64,000 bases of DNA, taken from positions 124,001 to 188,000 of the forward strand of contig JAHLTZ010000011.1 of NCBI GenBank assembly GCA_025786725.1, given 5' to 3'. Position numbers and translations under genes: made by a program. The notes below the pieces were generated by a model, which searched no databases, was not told the DNA's origin, and worked only from the letters and a program-made list of their open reading frames with translations. Origin of the DNA: Syncephalis fuscata S228. Its lineage: Eukaryota > Fungi > Zoopagomycota. Position 1 is the first letter of the stretch. Each line of letters opens with the position of its first letter. Positions 27,462 to 40,884 of this stretch are shown piece by piece.

Positions 27462-28784
27462 TTAAACCGGCGACCCATAATGCTGTCCCGTAGCATCAGT
27501 TCGTAGTGGTCTTACACGACCACCACCATTATTTTTAGCGTTATTACTAATAGCTGCTGCTGCCGCTAATGAAGCGGTCATTTCTAATGATTCATCGGTA
27601 TCTCTCGTGAGATTATTTAAAAAATTTTGCATGCATTCTTCACGACGAAAGATGTGTCCGTAAAATGGCCGGAAAAATACCAGCCCAAAGAAAAATGTTG
27701 ACGTAAATACGTTCTATAATACAACAATGCGGTTAAATAGACTGAATCTAATTAGCTAGTAGGCTTTAACTTACAAGTAATATCATTGAATAGACACCCC
27801 ATGCACTCCAATGATATTGATTTAAAATAATAGCCGAGTTCCAAACAACGCAGAATATCAAGGCAAAAGAACCAAAACATAACTCACGAAACTCGTTGAA
27901 CGCACTGCGCACATTACGAAGCTGCCAAGTGAAGTAAATGACAATAAGAGCACAAATGCCCGCCATGCTAAAGAATAAGCATTTGAAAGTTAACGTAACG
28001 GAGCAGCCGGTACTATCATCTATCTTGACGGCAAATCTAGGAATAGCACTTGATGTAATGCCGATAACACCCATGGGTATACAGAATATTAGCCAAGGAA
28101 CTACTATAGGTCGCTTTGAAAGCGATTGTTGAAGCAAGAACACATGGCGAACAGTGTATAGTCGGAATATGAGTAGTGCCAGAGTGAGTGAAGCGCCAAA
28201 ACAAAACTGCACCCAAACTATAATAATATACAAAAAAATAGTCATTAATTCGTAGTCCGATAGATGCAATGACAACAAAGTTGATAAATCACCCGTTGTA
28301 TCGCCTATTCTCCTCTCTTTTTTCACCGACTTACCCTCCCATAACGAACAAACGGACCAAAGACCCTTATAACCGAAAACGCCATTGGAATGCTGCAAAG
28401 AAGACCATTGATCAGTATTTTGATCGCTTTTATGCAATGCATCAGGAAAATCTTACTTACCATCATGCCAAGCCACCAGAGGAACGAGCCTAGTTAATAT
28501 TAATTGGTTGTATAGTAATAATAAATATTTAAAATAAAATTTAAATTAAATGTTCAATTTAGTTATTGTAAAACATTATTGTTATTAGTGGATAGTCATT
28601 GAGAATAATCAAGTCACTTACTTAAAAGGAATAGGCCCATAATAGGAACATGTTTTGCTTTAAGTGGCGGATAGTTGCGATGATAGTAAATGTAGACATA
28701 AGATGAGAAACTAATGGCAAATAATAGCGAACAAAAAAGCGTCAGCCAGATAGTTTCGGGAGTCGTAAAAACATATGCGCCCAT
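27462..28784 (-). CDS. 7TM GPCR-like receptor, paralog of 10320-12407, short C-tail, 3 introns
   Basis: 'RNYPPLKAKHVPI', 'LLIFRLY', 'LRNVRSAFNEFRELC' and 'FFRPFYGHIFRREECMQNFLNNL' align with the 10320 gene. Stop at 27462-27464. Confidence 0.82.
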
Positions 28785-30654
28785 ATTTGAACTGTACAAG
28801 ACCATGTAAGCGCAGAAGATGAGCTGAATCAGTAGAGAAAAGCGGTAACAGCTTTTCAAGTGTCAAGATAGTATATGAGAGCAGCGGGGATTCGCGTTGA
28901 CGGGCAAACGAATCAGCAATTGTCAAGAAGAGTCAAGAAAGCAGCAATATTTCTATGAGTGCAGCTTGCTACCACGAACAAAGACGGAATGGAGAACAAT
29001 CAAGGCAATAAGCAAGTGAAGATGTGCTGGTAGCAGCTGAACAAACAATGGAATGCCAACGATACCTATCGTGGTGGAGGAAATGGAGGAGAGAAGCGTA
29101 AAAATTGCGAATAGACCAGCTACCACGTGTAACAATGATGTCCACAACACTGAAATCGATAAAAGAGTGCAAACGTTATATACCACGCCCAGCGGGTATT
29201 AGAAGGTGGATCTGTATGCAAATTGACGAGGAGTAAAGAAGCAAAGACCGTAATAGTCGGCATAAGAAATAAGTGTCAAGGTTTAAAGGAAGAAAGCGGC
29301 GAGTTTTAATTCAGACTTTTTAGACGCCAGCGATATTGGTGTTCAAACGCCGCTTGTTGATTTTAGCATGAAACTTACCTGGCATTTGTTAAAAAGGAGC
29401 ATGAGGGGCTAGTGCTAACTAGAGTGGATACGACTCCGCAAATCATCTGCTTCAGCATTGCGTGCTTGTATGCGTATGTGTTTGTGCGCGTGTGCACCTA
29501 TATGGACGATGGCCTATCAATAAAGGAAAGGCTGAGTGTTCTGAATTTAAACTAGTGTACAACACTCCGATAATACTTTTGTAGCCTTGGTCGAATTTCC
29601 ATTATTTCATCAGAATATTAGCTTTATTAAATTGCAAAAGTTCAGAGCGCATGAAAATAGCAAAATGTGCTACTTGTTTCTAATATGTACTTGTGTACGT
29701 GTACTTGTGTAGCCATTCATATACAACTATGGCGTTGCGTTACGACAAATAAAGCTCGTATTGACTAGGTGTGGGCCCATAATTATGCAGTAAACAGACG
29801 TCAGGGCATTCATACAAGACTATAAGGCCCAGTGCGTTGTGTAAGACTAATAATAAGCCAAGGATTTAGGGCCAAACGAGAATGTAACAATGTAGGAGAG
29901 TGGCGCCAGCGGCTTTTATATTGTCATGTTAGCGATTGGCCCTCTCCATTTGATCGTTTATTCGTGGCGATATAATATTAAATCCGATAGATAGACGAAT
30001 AAGGCCTAAGCAGCATGGGTTTTGAAAGAGTATTTGCACAGTTGGCTAGTAATATGTCTAGTCTTCCAAGCAGATGGAATCAGTTGCTTATAGTGAATCA
30101 TTGTAATAAAACTTGTAACTCGTGCATCTATTGTTTACTTGATGCTATTAACAATGTCATTTTTATTGTATTTATAATTGTGACTATTATTATTGTGGCG
30201 ATATTCCCTTATCAATATCACAATAGTTACACACTACTGACTTGTAAAAGGCATAACATGCAAAAAAAGATAACAAAAATAATTTGTTACAAAAACGGTG
30301 CAAAATAGTTAGCCACTTAAACAGATGATTTTTATTTTCATGTTGAAACATGAATGTAATAATAGCACTTGTATTTAACTTGTAGTTTCATTTCTAATAT
30401 CAGTAAAAATAATAAAATAAAACAGCATTGAGTCGAGTCGAGTATACAACTCGGATTAATTCATATATTTGGTGATGAGTATAGCAGAATACAGCAACAT
30501 TACTAATGTTAAAGCTGAAATAAAACAAAATAACAAAAACGAGTCTACCCAATTCGGTTTGATTCAAAAAAGATTAAATAAATAACAATGACAGCGCGAC
30601 AATCATTAATTTTCTCTCTCTACTGGTCTACTATACTACATTTTGTAAACTATC

Positions 30655-33283
30655 ATGGCAGACCCTAAAGGTAAAACATTGTGCAAGAAGAGTACAGTAT
30701 TGATAGGTGACTAATAGAATATAATGGCTATAGCACAAGTGCAGCGACCACCTGCTGAAGGAGCGATTACAGTAGCCGAGATTGATTTGGAAATGGGTAA
30801 GTTAACTGTAGATATACAGTGCAATAGTTGGCTAATACGTAAATATCAGTTGCGTTACAAGACGATCGCGACAACAATATTGCACGATATGCCGCAGCAG
30901 GAGTAAGAAAACAAGCTAAAGTATACGAACACAAGTCGTACTGACATGGTAATTACATTGTTTGTTAAGGGTGTTTGTTATCCACATATTATGATTCCAG
31001 CAGCTATTTGGAAAGATATCCATACGGCAATAGTAAATCAGCGTGAAACGACGAATAGCAATACAGCTGCTATCGATGAACATGGCGAACAAGGATTTGT
31101 AAAAAAAGTGCAAATCCGTCCTATGCCAATGGCTAATACTGGACGAGGAGATGAGACACATAAAGTTACGACAACCATGACAGTGCCACAACGTAAACTA
31201 GGTGTGGAGAATATTTCATCTTCGTCTAGCTTTCAAGAAACAGTTGCATGGATGTTACAAGCCGATTCAAGGTAGGTGTTTTGCATGTATAGTATTAAAT
31301 TTATTGTTTACATTGATGTTAGGGAAATGATTCAAGCATTTATGAACCGAATTGGCATTGTAGGCTGGGAGAAGTGGCGAAGGCGCTGGTTAGACCCGCT
31401 AACAGCGATGATAACACCACCAGTAAGTTAATGCAAATGAACTATACTATGATGGTGCTGTAAAGATGATAACCAGTGCATAACTTGATGATAGCCATCA
31501 CACGCTGTATTGCATCGATCTGAATGGCCAACGACATGTATTGCATGGCATCCATATAGACAAATAATGGCTATAGCACATCGTAATGATATGGCATTTA
31601 TGTATAATGTAGAAGAGCAAGGTAGATGAGATAGACAGATTATAAATAGTAAATTAATAAGTCTATAATATAAACTATGTAGAATGGTTCCCTGATCCAT
31701 TGCATCATCCTTTACAACAAGATCTGGTGCAACTTGTATGGCGTCCTAATGCTGCTGGTGCATTGGCAGCTGTTTGTCGGTAAGTAAATTAAATTAAATA
31801 TTTTATAACAGTTTTAGACAAATACAAATTAACTATTATTATTATTATTATTATTAGACAAGGTATTGCATTATGGAGATTTCCATTATATAATTGGCAA
31901 TCAACAACAGGATCACCTCAAGCTTATATGACCTGGCTACATCATACAGCAATTGAAGATGTAAGCTGTTGTGCTTGGGATCCTACTGGACAATATCCTT
32001 TTTATAATATATATATAAATATAGAAACAATATTATACCTTATCCTTAACAAAGCAATATTTACATTTTTAGCAGTAGCTGGTAGAGCAGATGCTTCTTT
32101 ATTAATCTGGCATGTGGCAACAGAGACGGTAGTGCCATTGCGACGAATAGGCTCGGGTATTGCCAGTTTACAATGGAGCCCAGATGGTCAATATTTGTGC
32201 ACAGCTCCTCGAGAGTATGTTAATTTGTCAATTCATATAAATATACTTGGAAAATAACCATTATATTTAGAGATGATGCATTGCGTATATGGGAAACAAA
32301 AACATGGACCGCAGTACGAGCAGCCGAGTTATCATCAGGAGTAACGGTTAGTTATTTGCTATATATATTATGTGTTTATTTATAATATGTATTTAGAGCA
32401 TATACTGGGCACCCAGTTCACGACATCTACTTTTTTCACTTGAAAAGGATACACACATTTATGTATTGCAACTCATAGCAACACAGAGTCATATTGGTAA
32501 GTATATTATTATAGCACACACTTTGAATCTAGCTAGATAGGCTTAAAACTGCAAATTATTAATGATAAAAATAGATTTTAGAATATTGGATGAACCACGT
32601 AGTTTAGAAGCAGTTGCATTACGTGACGAAGAAGGAAAAATGGTTCGGTATGTATATCATGGTGTACTAAAATCAGACTACTTACTACAATTGGTTAGTG
32701 TTGGTGGTGTCATTCGAAGTATGGCACTAGATCCAAATGGAGAAAGATTAGCGGTGATCTTTGAGCCACAAAAAGATAAAAAGATGTCAATTAACGCTAA
32801 AAAGAAGGGAAATGCAGTTAACGATAAGAATAATCAGCAGAATGGCAGTGAACTTATTATGGTATTTATGGTTCGACTATCTAGTTGGATTGGTGAACGG
32901 CGCCCATTATTACAAAGGTGAGATGATGGCGGATGACTTGTAATATATTCTAATACTGCTATTATTATTAGCGGATATATTCGCGGACCACCGGCACCAG
33001 ATTATGAACCAGGTGATATTCTTAATGTGGCACATCCACCACATGCTGCAGCACTGGCTTTTGCCCAACAATTTGACCGTGGATCTCTATTAGCCGTGGT
33101 AAGTAAATCTATATAATATGTGTGTAATGAAAAAGCAAAAAACTAACTAATATCCATTAATAGGCATGGGATAATGGTAAAATTACATTTGTGCCATTCT
33201 TCTATATGGCCAATAGTCGACTACCCAATAATTCAGATCATCAGTATCAGAACCAGCCTGTAAGGCGTAATAATGCTTGGTAG
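30655..33283 (+). CDS. AAAS: Aladin WD40 nucleoporin, multi-exon, includes a U12 AT-AC intron
   Basis: Motifs 'IAWHPY', 'LHHPLQQDLVQLVWRPNAAGALAAVCRQGIALW', 'LQWSPDGQYL', 'LRIWETKTWT', 'VGGVIRSMALDPNGERLAVIF', 'GYIRGP' and 'GSLLAVAWDNGKITFVPF' are characteristic of Aladin. Confidence 0.85.
31993..32064 (+). other. U12-type (minor spliceosome) AT-AC intron, 72 nt
   Basis: 5' end ATATCCTTT, branch site TCCTTAAC at 32043-32050, terminal AC at 32063-32064. Removal gives in-frame WDPTGQ|FLAVAG. Confidence 0.9.
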
Positions 33284-33414
33284 ACATTTGAGTCATATGA
33301 AGTTAAATAACATACTATTTTATTAAAATGATATAAATATAAAGTGATCTGATTATTGTTTATGGGGAATGTATTTATTATTGAATTATTCCACTTCTTT
33401 TCTTTTGACCAACC

Positions 33415-34317
33415 ATGAACGACGGTGTCAGTATTTTCGTAGCATTAGTAATATTGGTGTTTGTGCTTCGCTGGCTATTGGGTAGGATAATACCTAGTAT
33501 TTACTAAAAAATACGAATATAATGATATTTGGTCTATTATTGTTGCTAATACTGCTGTTACTGCCACGGTTATTAGCAGGAAACACGGCGGAACAAGGGG
33601 GAGGATTTGGTCATCGACCAGTGCCTGAAGAATGGGTAAGTAGCGCTAGTAGACTGTATGGCTGCTAGTAGCTTATACTAATTAGTATAGGTCCATACGG
33701 TTCATTCGATGTTTCCTCATTTACCGCCGGCAGCGATTCGACGGGAATTGGAACGAACACGTTCGGTCGAGTTAACGTGTGAACGCATTCTACGCGATGG
33801 CACTCTACCCACGGTAAGTAATAGCAGAAGTGCTAGAATGTGTTTATTTTAGATTAATAAAGAGTGGCGCAAAGTATTAATAAGTTTATAAATAAATGAA
33901 TTAACCATTAACATCTACAATTAGTTACCGAGCGACACGGCATCAATGCCATCGGGACCTGCCGGTCATGGCGGTGAACGGGCGCGTGAAGGATCACAGA
34001 GTGCAGCTAGCACTTCACTTTTGCAGCGCTATCAATTGTCAGATGCGCAACTTGCCGATGTACGGGACGACCAGCCGTTGGACCGTACGTGGGAGTCGGA
34101 AAGTACACAGCGCGAGAAACGGTTACAAGCACGTAAAGCTCAAATGGTTCTTATGGCTCGCAAGTAAGTAATTTGCCTTTAGTTATTAATATGGCATCAG
34201 CTAATGTATCTTTTGTTTGTTATCGTCATGGTGATTAGGCGTATGTTGTCGCACAACCAGCAAGAACCGCAAGATAGTGTATCTAGCGATAAGGGCAAGG
34301 AGCGTGCCGACTATTAA
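33415..34317 (+). CDS. Cue1/Cue4-like ER-anchored CUE domain protein, 4 introns
   Basis: N-terminal TM 'MNDGVSIFVALVILVFVLRWLL', CUE domain 'VHTVHSMFPHLPPAAIRRELERTRSVELTCERIL', and a C-terminal U7BR-like segment 'SLLQRYQL...WESESTQREKRLQARKAQMVLMARKRM'. Confidence 0.85.
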
Positions 34318-34579
34318 ATAATAATAATTTTATGATATTTTATCCAATACAATGATGGATTAAATAATGAATCTTTAGGCAAACCAATGAAGATATTGTT
34401 GATGGTAATAACGATAAAACACTGTTACTATTAATATAGTATTTATTAGTTTATAAAGTTTATAAATTTAAGAAAATGGTTACAATAAAGATGCAAGTAA
34501 ACTACATTAATTATATACAAAGTGTATAACTTTTAATTATTTAATTTAATAAATATTGTTATTATGTTCTGGCTTTAAA

Positions 34580-35288
34580 ACAAGCGTCGAAGAGGGCGAA
34601 CGTCGTGAATGCCTGTAAGTAGACAAGTCTCTAAAATAGACGATTGATTCATGGCGTTTATAGCAAACAAGCAGTGATATGTGCCGTGTTGCCACCAGCA
34701 GGTCCACAACGATCGCGTGTGCTGGCTATGCTGTATAAAAGCGATCGCACACGTGAACTCACCGGACTGTATTCGATGTTGACAAAAGTATATTTAGATC
34801 GAGTATTGTCATCTGAAGAAGTGGCGCTGTTTACCGAACATCTTTCCGAACACCATCAGGCCATATTGGCCGATGGCAGCACGGTGCTGGACCGGGCCGT
34901 ACTTGAACATAATCTGCTAAGTGCATCAAGGCTATATGATTATATCTGCGTAAACGAACTGGCCCGACTACTTAATACCACAGAGACACATGCAGAGACT
35001 ATTGCGGCACGTATGATAGGCGAGGGTCGAATCCGTGGCTCAATCGACCAAATAGAGCGATTAATTGCATTTGAACGTACACCCATGGGAGAACAAACCA
35101 GAGAAGCCGAACCAACTACCGGAGCCGATGTAGGTCGCGGTGCTACACTTGAATCATCATCGGCACGTATATTTAGTCGTTGGGATGAAAGATTACAGTC
35201 ACTTTGTGCACATGTAGAAGAAATGAGCGAGGCAATTGTTAAAAAGCATCCTGAATGGGCCAAGCACCATGCTACATTACGTGCATAA
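34580..35288 (+). pseudogene. CSN4: COP9 signalosome subunit 4, C-terminal (PCI) half only; no 5' half visible
   Basis: 'VEEGERRECL|KQAVICAVLPPAGPQRSRVLAMLYKSDR', 'LADGSTVLDRAVLEHNLLSASRLY' and 'RMIGEGRIRGSIDQIERLI'. Only ~260 bp of AT-rich DNA separates it from the CUE gene stop. Confidence 0.7.
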
Positions 35289-35455
35289 CTTGCTAGATAT
35301 AAATCCAATAAGTACGGTTAATAAATATGCTATTATAGCTGTAGAATATGCAATACAAATATTGTTATATTAGTTATGGTTATATCAGACTGGTTTTACG
35401 TAGTTTAACCTAATTATTACAATAACAAAGCAACGATTATTATTTAAATGGTATT

Positions 35456-35930
35456 TTATTCATCATCGTCGATATAATGAACAGCATAAGTGTAGATGGC
35501 ATCTAACCGTTCTACACAAGCATCTTCTTGTAATGAATATTTAAGAAAACGTGACACGCCTTCATCACGATAAACAAGTGTCAATGCATTATCAGTTGGC
35601 GGCAGTGTGGCCAACAAGTCTCCATCTTCTGTATTAATATAATGATAAGCACCCTGCCATTCCTTTTTATCATCATCGATATTAGGCCAATGGACAGCAG
35701 TTTCGCTGCTATTTCCCGCTGTACTTGGTGAGGCAAGTATATAAAATAATGCATCCAAGCCCGTGGGTTCAATCCAATCATCACGTAATAATGTATAATT
35801 ACCGTGTACAATAACCAAATACAATACTACACTATAATAATTTTCGTTATTGATCATTAATAAAAAATTACTACATGTTCATATAATCGGTTACGTTATA
35901 TAGCCATTAAAGATATAAGCTGCCATGTCT
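35456..35930 (-). pseudogene. Tpa1/OGFOD1 (Ofd1) prolyl hydroxylase C-terminal domain fragment; 5' part absent
   Basis: 'HGNYTLLRD...LDALFY...WQGAYHYINTEDGDLLATLPPTDNALTLVYRDEGVSRFLKY' resembles the OGFOD1 CTD (GHYTL..D; EDEELLT..P.SNSLALVYRD..TLKFVK). There is no room upstream before the SET gene stop at 35964. Confidence 0.6.
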
Positions 35931-35963
35931 ATACATTATTTTAGATAAAAATGCATATTTATT

Positions 35964-36106
35964 TTAATGGCTTGATTTTTGACGTTTTGATCCCAATAGT
36001 TCAATCACTTTATCAAGTGAATGTGATCGTTTTCGCTCTAATGATAAAGTTTTGTCAGTTATTCCAGTAGTATAAGTAGTATGTATATTAATAGAAATAG
36101 TATTGT

Positions 36107-36137
<31 letters not shown>

Positions 36138-38916
36138 TGAGTAGGAGCCACGAGATCGCGAGAAAGATACTGGTCGCTTTCCACTGTTGGCCATGGCCTA
36201 TTATAAATAAAAGTGTCAATCTAGCTATAAACAGTCTAACAAATACTTACCAATTTCTCAACTTGTCTAATATTTCGCAATAGAAATAATCGCATAGTAC
36301 GGAGTGTAACAGCATAACGTTGCAGTTTAGGTGTTACAGGCACTGCCCGATATTCATTTAGTGGTGTCCATCGTTGATGTCGTAATGTCTAAAATGGTTT
36401 ACAATAATATAATAAGTTATTTATCATTGATAGCTAGTTATAAGCACTATATACCTCTTGGCGATTACAATGTTGTTGTTGTTGATGTCTTGTAGTAGAT
36501 ACACTTTTACGTTGTGTTCGTCCATTGATTATAATGTGTTTATTGTCACCTTTCTTTAAGCATGCATTATTCGGGATTCGATTGCGTTGTCCAATAACGC
36601 CACGACAGCGTGGACTGCCACAATAGCATGGCTCTTCCATTCCACTCATGCTTTCATAATTATAATCATAGGTAAGCTCGGTACCAGCCTCAATCACAGC
36701 AGTTGCAAATAAACCAATACGCAATTCACCATCCACAAACCTATATTAAATACGATTAGTAAGCTCATTAGTGTAATACAAATAGCTATTACCATTTTTC
36801 AATATGGCAATTAGGTTCGCAGCTAATTATTAGCCAATAGTATAATACATATATAAATACAAACATCAATTGAAAGAATCTATACAGACTCGTTAATTAC
36901 CTATGGTTGGCAAATCGTGCATCTGTGCCTCGTCTACCCGCATCAATGACACGGCCATGGCCGCATTCAAGGAAATAAAAGTTATGATGGCCGTGATAGA
37001 TTGTATTCATTCTTTCCAAACAAGTACGCTGTGTAATAACTTCACCGCAATATTCGGTAATTAGTTGACCAGCTTGAAGTGGTACTTTTGTACGTAGTCC
37101 AAAGCCTCGATTCATTGTCTAGACATATTAAAATATAAATATATATATATATATTGAAATAGTCATTGATAATAGTCAATGCTTACTTACGCCAAATACT
37201 TCAAGCTCCTTTACAAATTCATGTCGTCGAAATCGTTGATTACTACACAAATTGCCACATCCACACAGTTTGGGAGAACATTCATAAAACATCATACTGA
37301 TTTGACATAAATAAATCACTAATTAACAACATTTTTGCCTCTACAAATTATAACTTACCGATTAAAGCAAGTATCGTCCACACATCCTCGACTTGTATTA
37401 TCTTCAGCTTTTTGACATTCACATACAGCCTGTTCCATTACAAGTCGTTTCATTCCTTCCTCGTAGCCGTCTAATTAATGTATGTTTACCATGATAAAAT
37501 GGTTAATTTGTTTAATATTATAAACTAAGGTCTACTTACTGCTACGTATCTTGACAAATGGTGGCGGTTCTCGATGGCGTACAAGTAATCCCTCATTTGC
37601 AGCAAACCAAATATCCCAGGCAATTGGAATTCTTGTTCAAGCGTCTCGTCAAGCAATTCTGCACCCGAATGAATTGGTAATGGAAATGGTACAACGTCAT
37701 CAACTAGAGGACGAGCACAGGTGCCATAGATGCCACAGTCCCAGAATGTCTTTTTACTATAAACATTCTCGGTCAGTAGTGGAGGCTGTGCAGCAAGCCA
37801 CGTTTGAAATAAACGAGGGATAAGCTTGCGATTTATTGTACTCTGCTGCTTATCACATGTCGCCTATAATTGTATATGTGTTAATTATTATCGCAAATCT
37901 AATGGCTATTTACCTTGGACGACGTAGACTTTGATGATGATTTAGATGATGATGTAGCAACGGCTGAGGCTAGAGTCAGTGGCAATTTAAATGGTACTGA
38001 AGTTTTCAATAAAGCTTCACCATGAAAGAGCGGTAATGGCAATGCCGTATTATCTGGCATCTCTTGTGATGCAAAAAGCCCTGAAACTAGAATGTTGGTT
38101 TTTAATTTTATAACTTTCGATTCTTCTTTTTCAAGTGTTTCAATGCGGGCCAATTCAGTTTTTGAATAGGCTGGCAATTTAGTTTCCATCAGGCTAATCG
38201 TGTCGAAGTGCGCTTTTTAGACGATGTTGGTGCAGGTGATAATGATGGTAAGTTTCAGGCATTGATTTGGCCCGAGTTGCCTTCTTAGATGGCAATGACA
38301 CAGATGGTAATGTCTTGGGTGGTATTACTGGATTATTCTTTGTTGGCTCATTTTTTACAATGGCTTTCTTCGTTGTTTTGTCATTCACTATATTAATTGT
38401 ATCTCTCCGTTGTAGTATTTTGATAAATACGTTGACTTTTCCTTAAAGCATACTGAGTTGTAGTTTGCTTTTGCGTAGATGACAACTTGTTTTCAATAGG
38501 CAATGCATCTGCGGTCATTTCTGGTAATGCTAATGTGGTCACAACTACATTTACTGCAGCATCTCGCCTTGTACGTAATACACGATGATGGTCCGTCTAA
38601 ATGTATATATTTCGTATATATAATTAAATTATTATCTCTACCAAACTGTTATTATAGTCTACCTGAATAGACTTTTTTGTTGTGGCGTGCAATGGCTTAG
38701 TTGTTGTGCTGTTTGCCATTATAATCTTTTTTTTCTTGTTACTATTGGCCACGCCTAATGTATATTCAACATTAAATATAGCCATTGGTATATATTGTTG
38801 CTATAAAATAATGACTAGACTTACTGAAGATATTTTACTATCATCAAGTAAAATATTGCTTTCTTGACTAGCGAGTAAATCTTTAAAGTTATTTAATTTG
38901 ATAGCTTTCTTCAAAT
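35964..38916 (-). CDS. ASH1-like H3K36 histone methyltransferase (AWS-SET-postSET); 5' end uncertain, apparent indels near 38190-38255
   Basis: AWS 'CECQK...[32 protein letters not shown]', SET 'RGFGLRT...ITEYCGEVIT...IDAGRRGTDARFANHSCEPNC...ELTYDYNY', post-SET 'CYCGSPRCRGVIG'. Pre-AWS 'LPLFHGEALL...FKLP' motif as in fungal Ash1. Confidence 0.85.
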
Positions 38917-39392
38917 GACTAGCGGCTAACCTTACGGTTATTTGGCGACGCGAACAAAAAATAAACAAACAAATAGGCCAAAAATATATTGAGTACGCGT
39001 TTGGCACGTAACCGAATATAGGCGATTTCAAGCAAAAATGTGATAGCAAAAAACTTAGAATCTGCTAGCAAATAGACGACACATAAACTAACAAAAAGTA
39101 AAAGACACGGTGGCCAAGCAAAAGTAATAAGAAGAAAGAAAAAGTAATAAGTGAAGAGACTATCTTTGTTTTTGTTCAATAACTCCAGAAAAGGCTACGT
39201 TGATTATGGCGTGATGGAAATCATTAAACTGGATTGATTTAAACCGATTTGAGTAGTATACTAATTTTAGAGGCAAGTAATAAGGATATATGCGTACTGG
39301 CCAAATCAGTCAATCTATAATTTTGTCCTATTTAATAGGATACGGAATTTATTTTATTAGTTTGATTCTTGTAATATTATTGCTTATTGATC

Positions 39393-40213
39393 ATGCCAGA
39401 AGAGAATACGCAGGCATCATTGGCGACATTGCCTGGATCTCAACGGAGAGTTCATACAGCGCTTCAAGAATATGCACGGAGTAGAAGACACTGGCTATCT
39501 ATAAGAGAGGAATGCTTTACACTGTTAACACAGCTCTCTAATACAGCTATACAATTAGAGTAATTACTAAGCACAGCCAATAGGCTTGTTTGTTTACTAA
39601 TTAACTGTACAACTATAGTTATGCAAATTACGAAGAATGCTGGCATCCAGGACTGATGCCGTTTCGGGATGTTAGAGAGAAATATCGGATAAAGCAAAAC
39701 GAAAAACTATTAATGGAAAAAGAAAAGGCAGATATATCATTTAGTAAATTGGTAAGTGAAGACTACTTTATACCAATCAGTAGTTAATGGATATACAATT
39801 TGGTGTAGGAAAGACAATATGAGCGTATGAATAGCCAGATTAAATTCTTACAACAGCTGCAAACAGATCTAACGGCTCGCTTGGGCAAAGAGCGTGTCAT
39901 TACGACACCAGTACTTCTTACGCTAACCTTGGCTACTTTAAGTAAATAACTAATATATATATATATTGTACGGTAGCGCTAATCTTTGACTGTGTGGACC
40001 GTTTTAGTAACTCGGCTAAGTACAGTGGTGGAGCAGCATAGGAAACAACTAGTACTGGATAGACAATTGATCGAGCAGCTAGCTAAGGCACAGACGCGCG
40101 ATGCAGCTACACTACAACTGTCTGCCTGGTTAAACGTGCCAAACATGGACGCCAATGGAGTATGTTGTCAACTGGATGAGCTCCTTGAACTAGAGTTGAC
40201 ACCAATTGTATAA
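39393..40213 (+). CDS. CINP / C1orf109-like helical protein (adaptor of the AFG2/SPATA5 AAA complex), 3 introns
   Basis: C-terminus 'RKQLVLDRQLIEQLA...TLQLSAWLNVPNMD' resembles CINP (RKELLLKRTVAKELA...LSMWLHQPYVE). N-terminus 'WLSIREECFTLLTQLSNTAIQL...FRDVREKYRIKQ' resembles C1orf109. Confidence 0.55.
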
Positions 40214-40884
40214 ATATCGAAAATGATAATAATTAAGAATTGATAGTTACGTGTAATTATTTAATAGCAAATACTGGAAATAAATAGTTTTAGACAAACT
40301 TTCAGCTTAATTTTAATTATTTATTTGCAATTATTTTTGTAAATATTGGTTTATTATTTAATTAATATTTGTTGATTAATAAGGCTACAAGTAACTAAAA
40401 TAGTTAAAACAACATGTTTTGAATAGCATGCAACTAGGTATTTTTAAAAAATTTAATTCATATTACTGCAATGGTATATATTAGCATTATAAATACAAAC
40501 ACGACATTGTATTAAATTGTTATTGGTAAGCGTTGGAAAAGCTGCATAAAATTAAGAATACGATATACTATCATTGCTTCAACATGCATAGCATCTGATT
40601 TCTATACCATAATCCCTGTAACTAATTTAGAGTAAATTCTTGTGATTTTAAAAGGAGAAAAAGGAGGCAAGCAATGTAGAACGCCCCTTATTTAAATAGT
40701 ATACTGTTATTTATAAAATATTGTGCACGGTTACCATAGTGGGTGGTATTCAATATTATTTTAAAGCATTGTTAAATAATTTATTGCCAATAATACTATA
40801 ATTATTGTTGTTTTAGCTGCTGTTGTGTCATATTGCAATCAAACTGTACTTGCCAATATATCAATTTTAACTTTATTATCCGAA

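Noticed and set aside
29371-29385. ACTTACCTGG, resembling the U1 snRNA 5' end
   Set aside because: No U1 stem-loops or Sm site are evident. It is more simply a minus-strand splice donor (CAG/GTAAGT), perhaps in the 7TM gene's 5' UTR.
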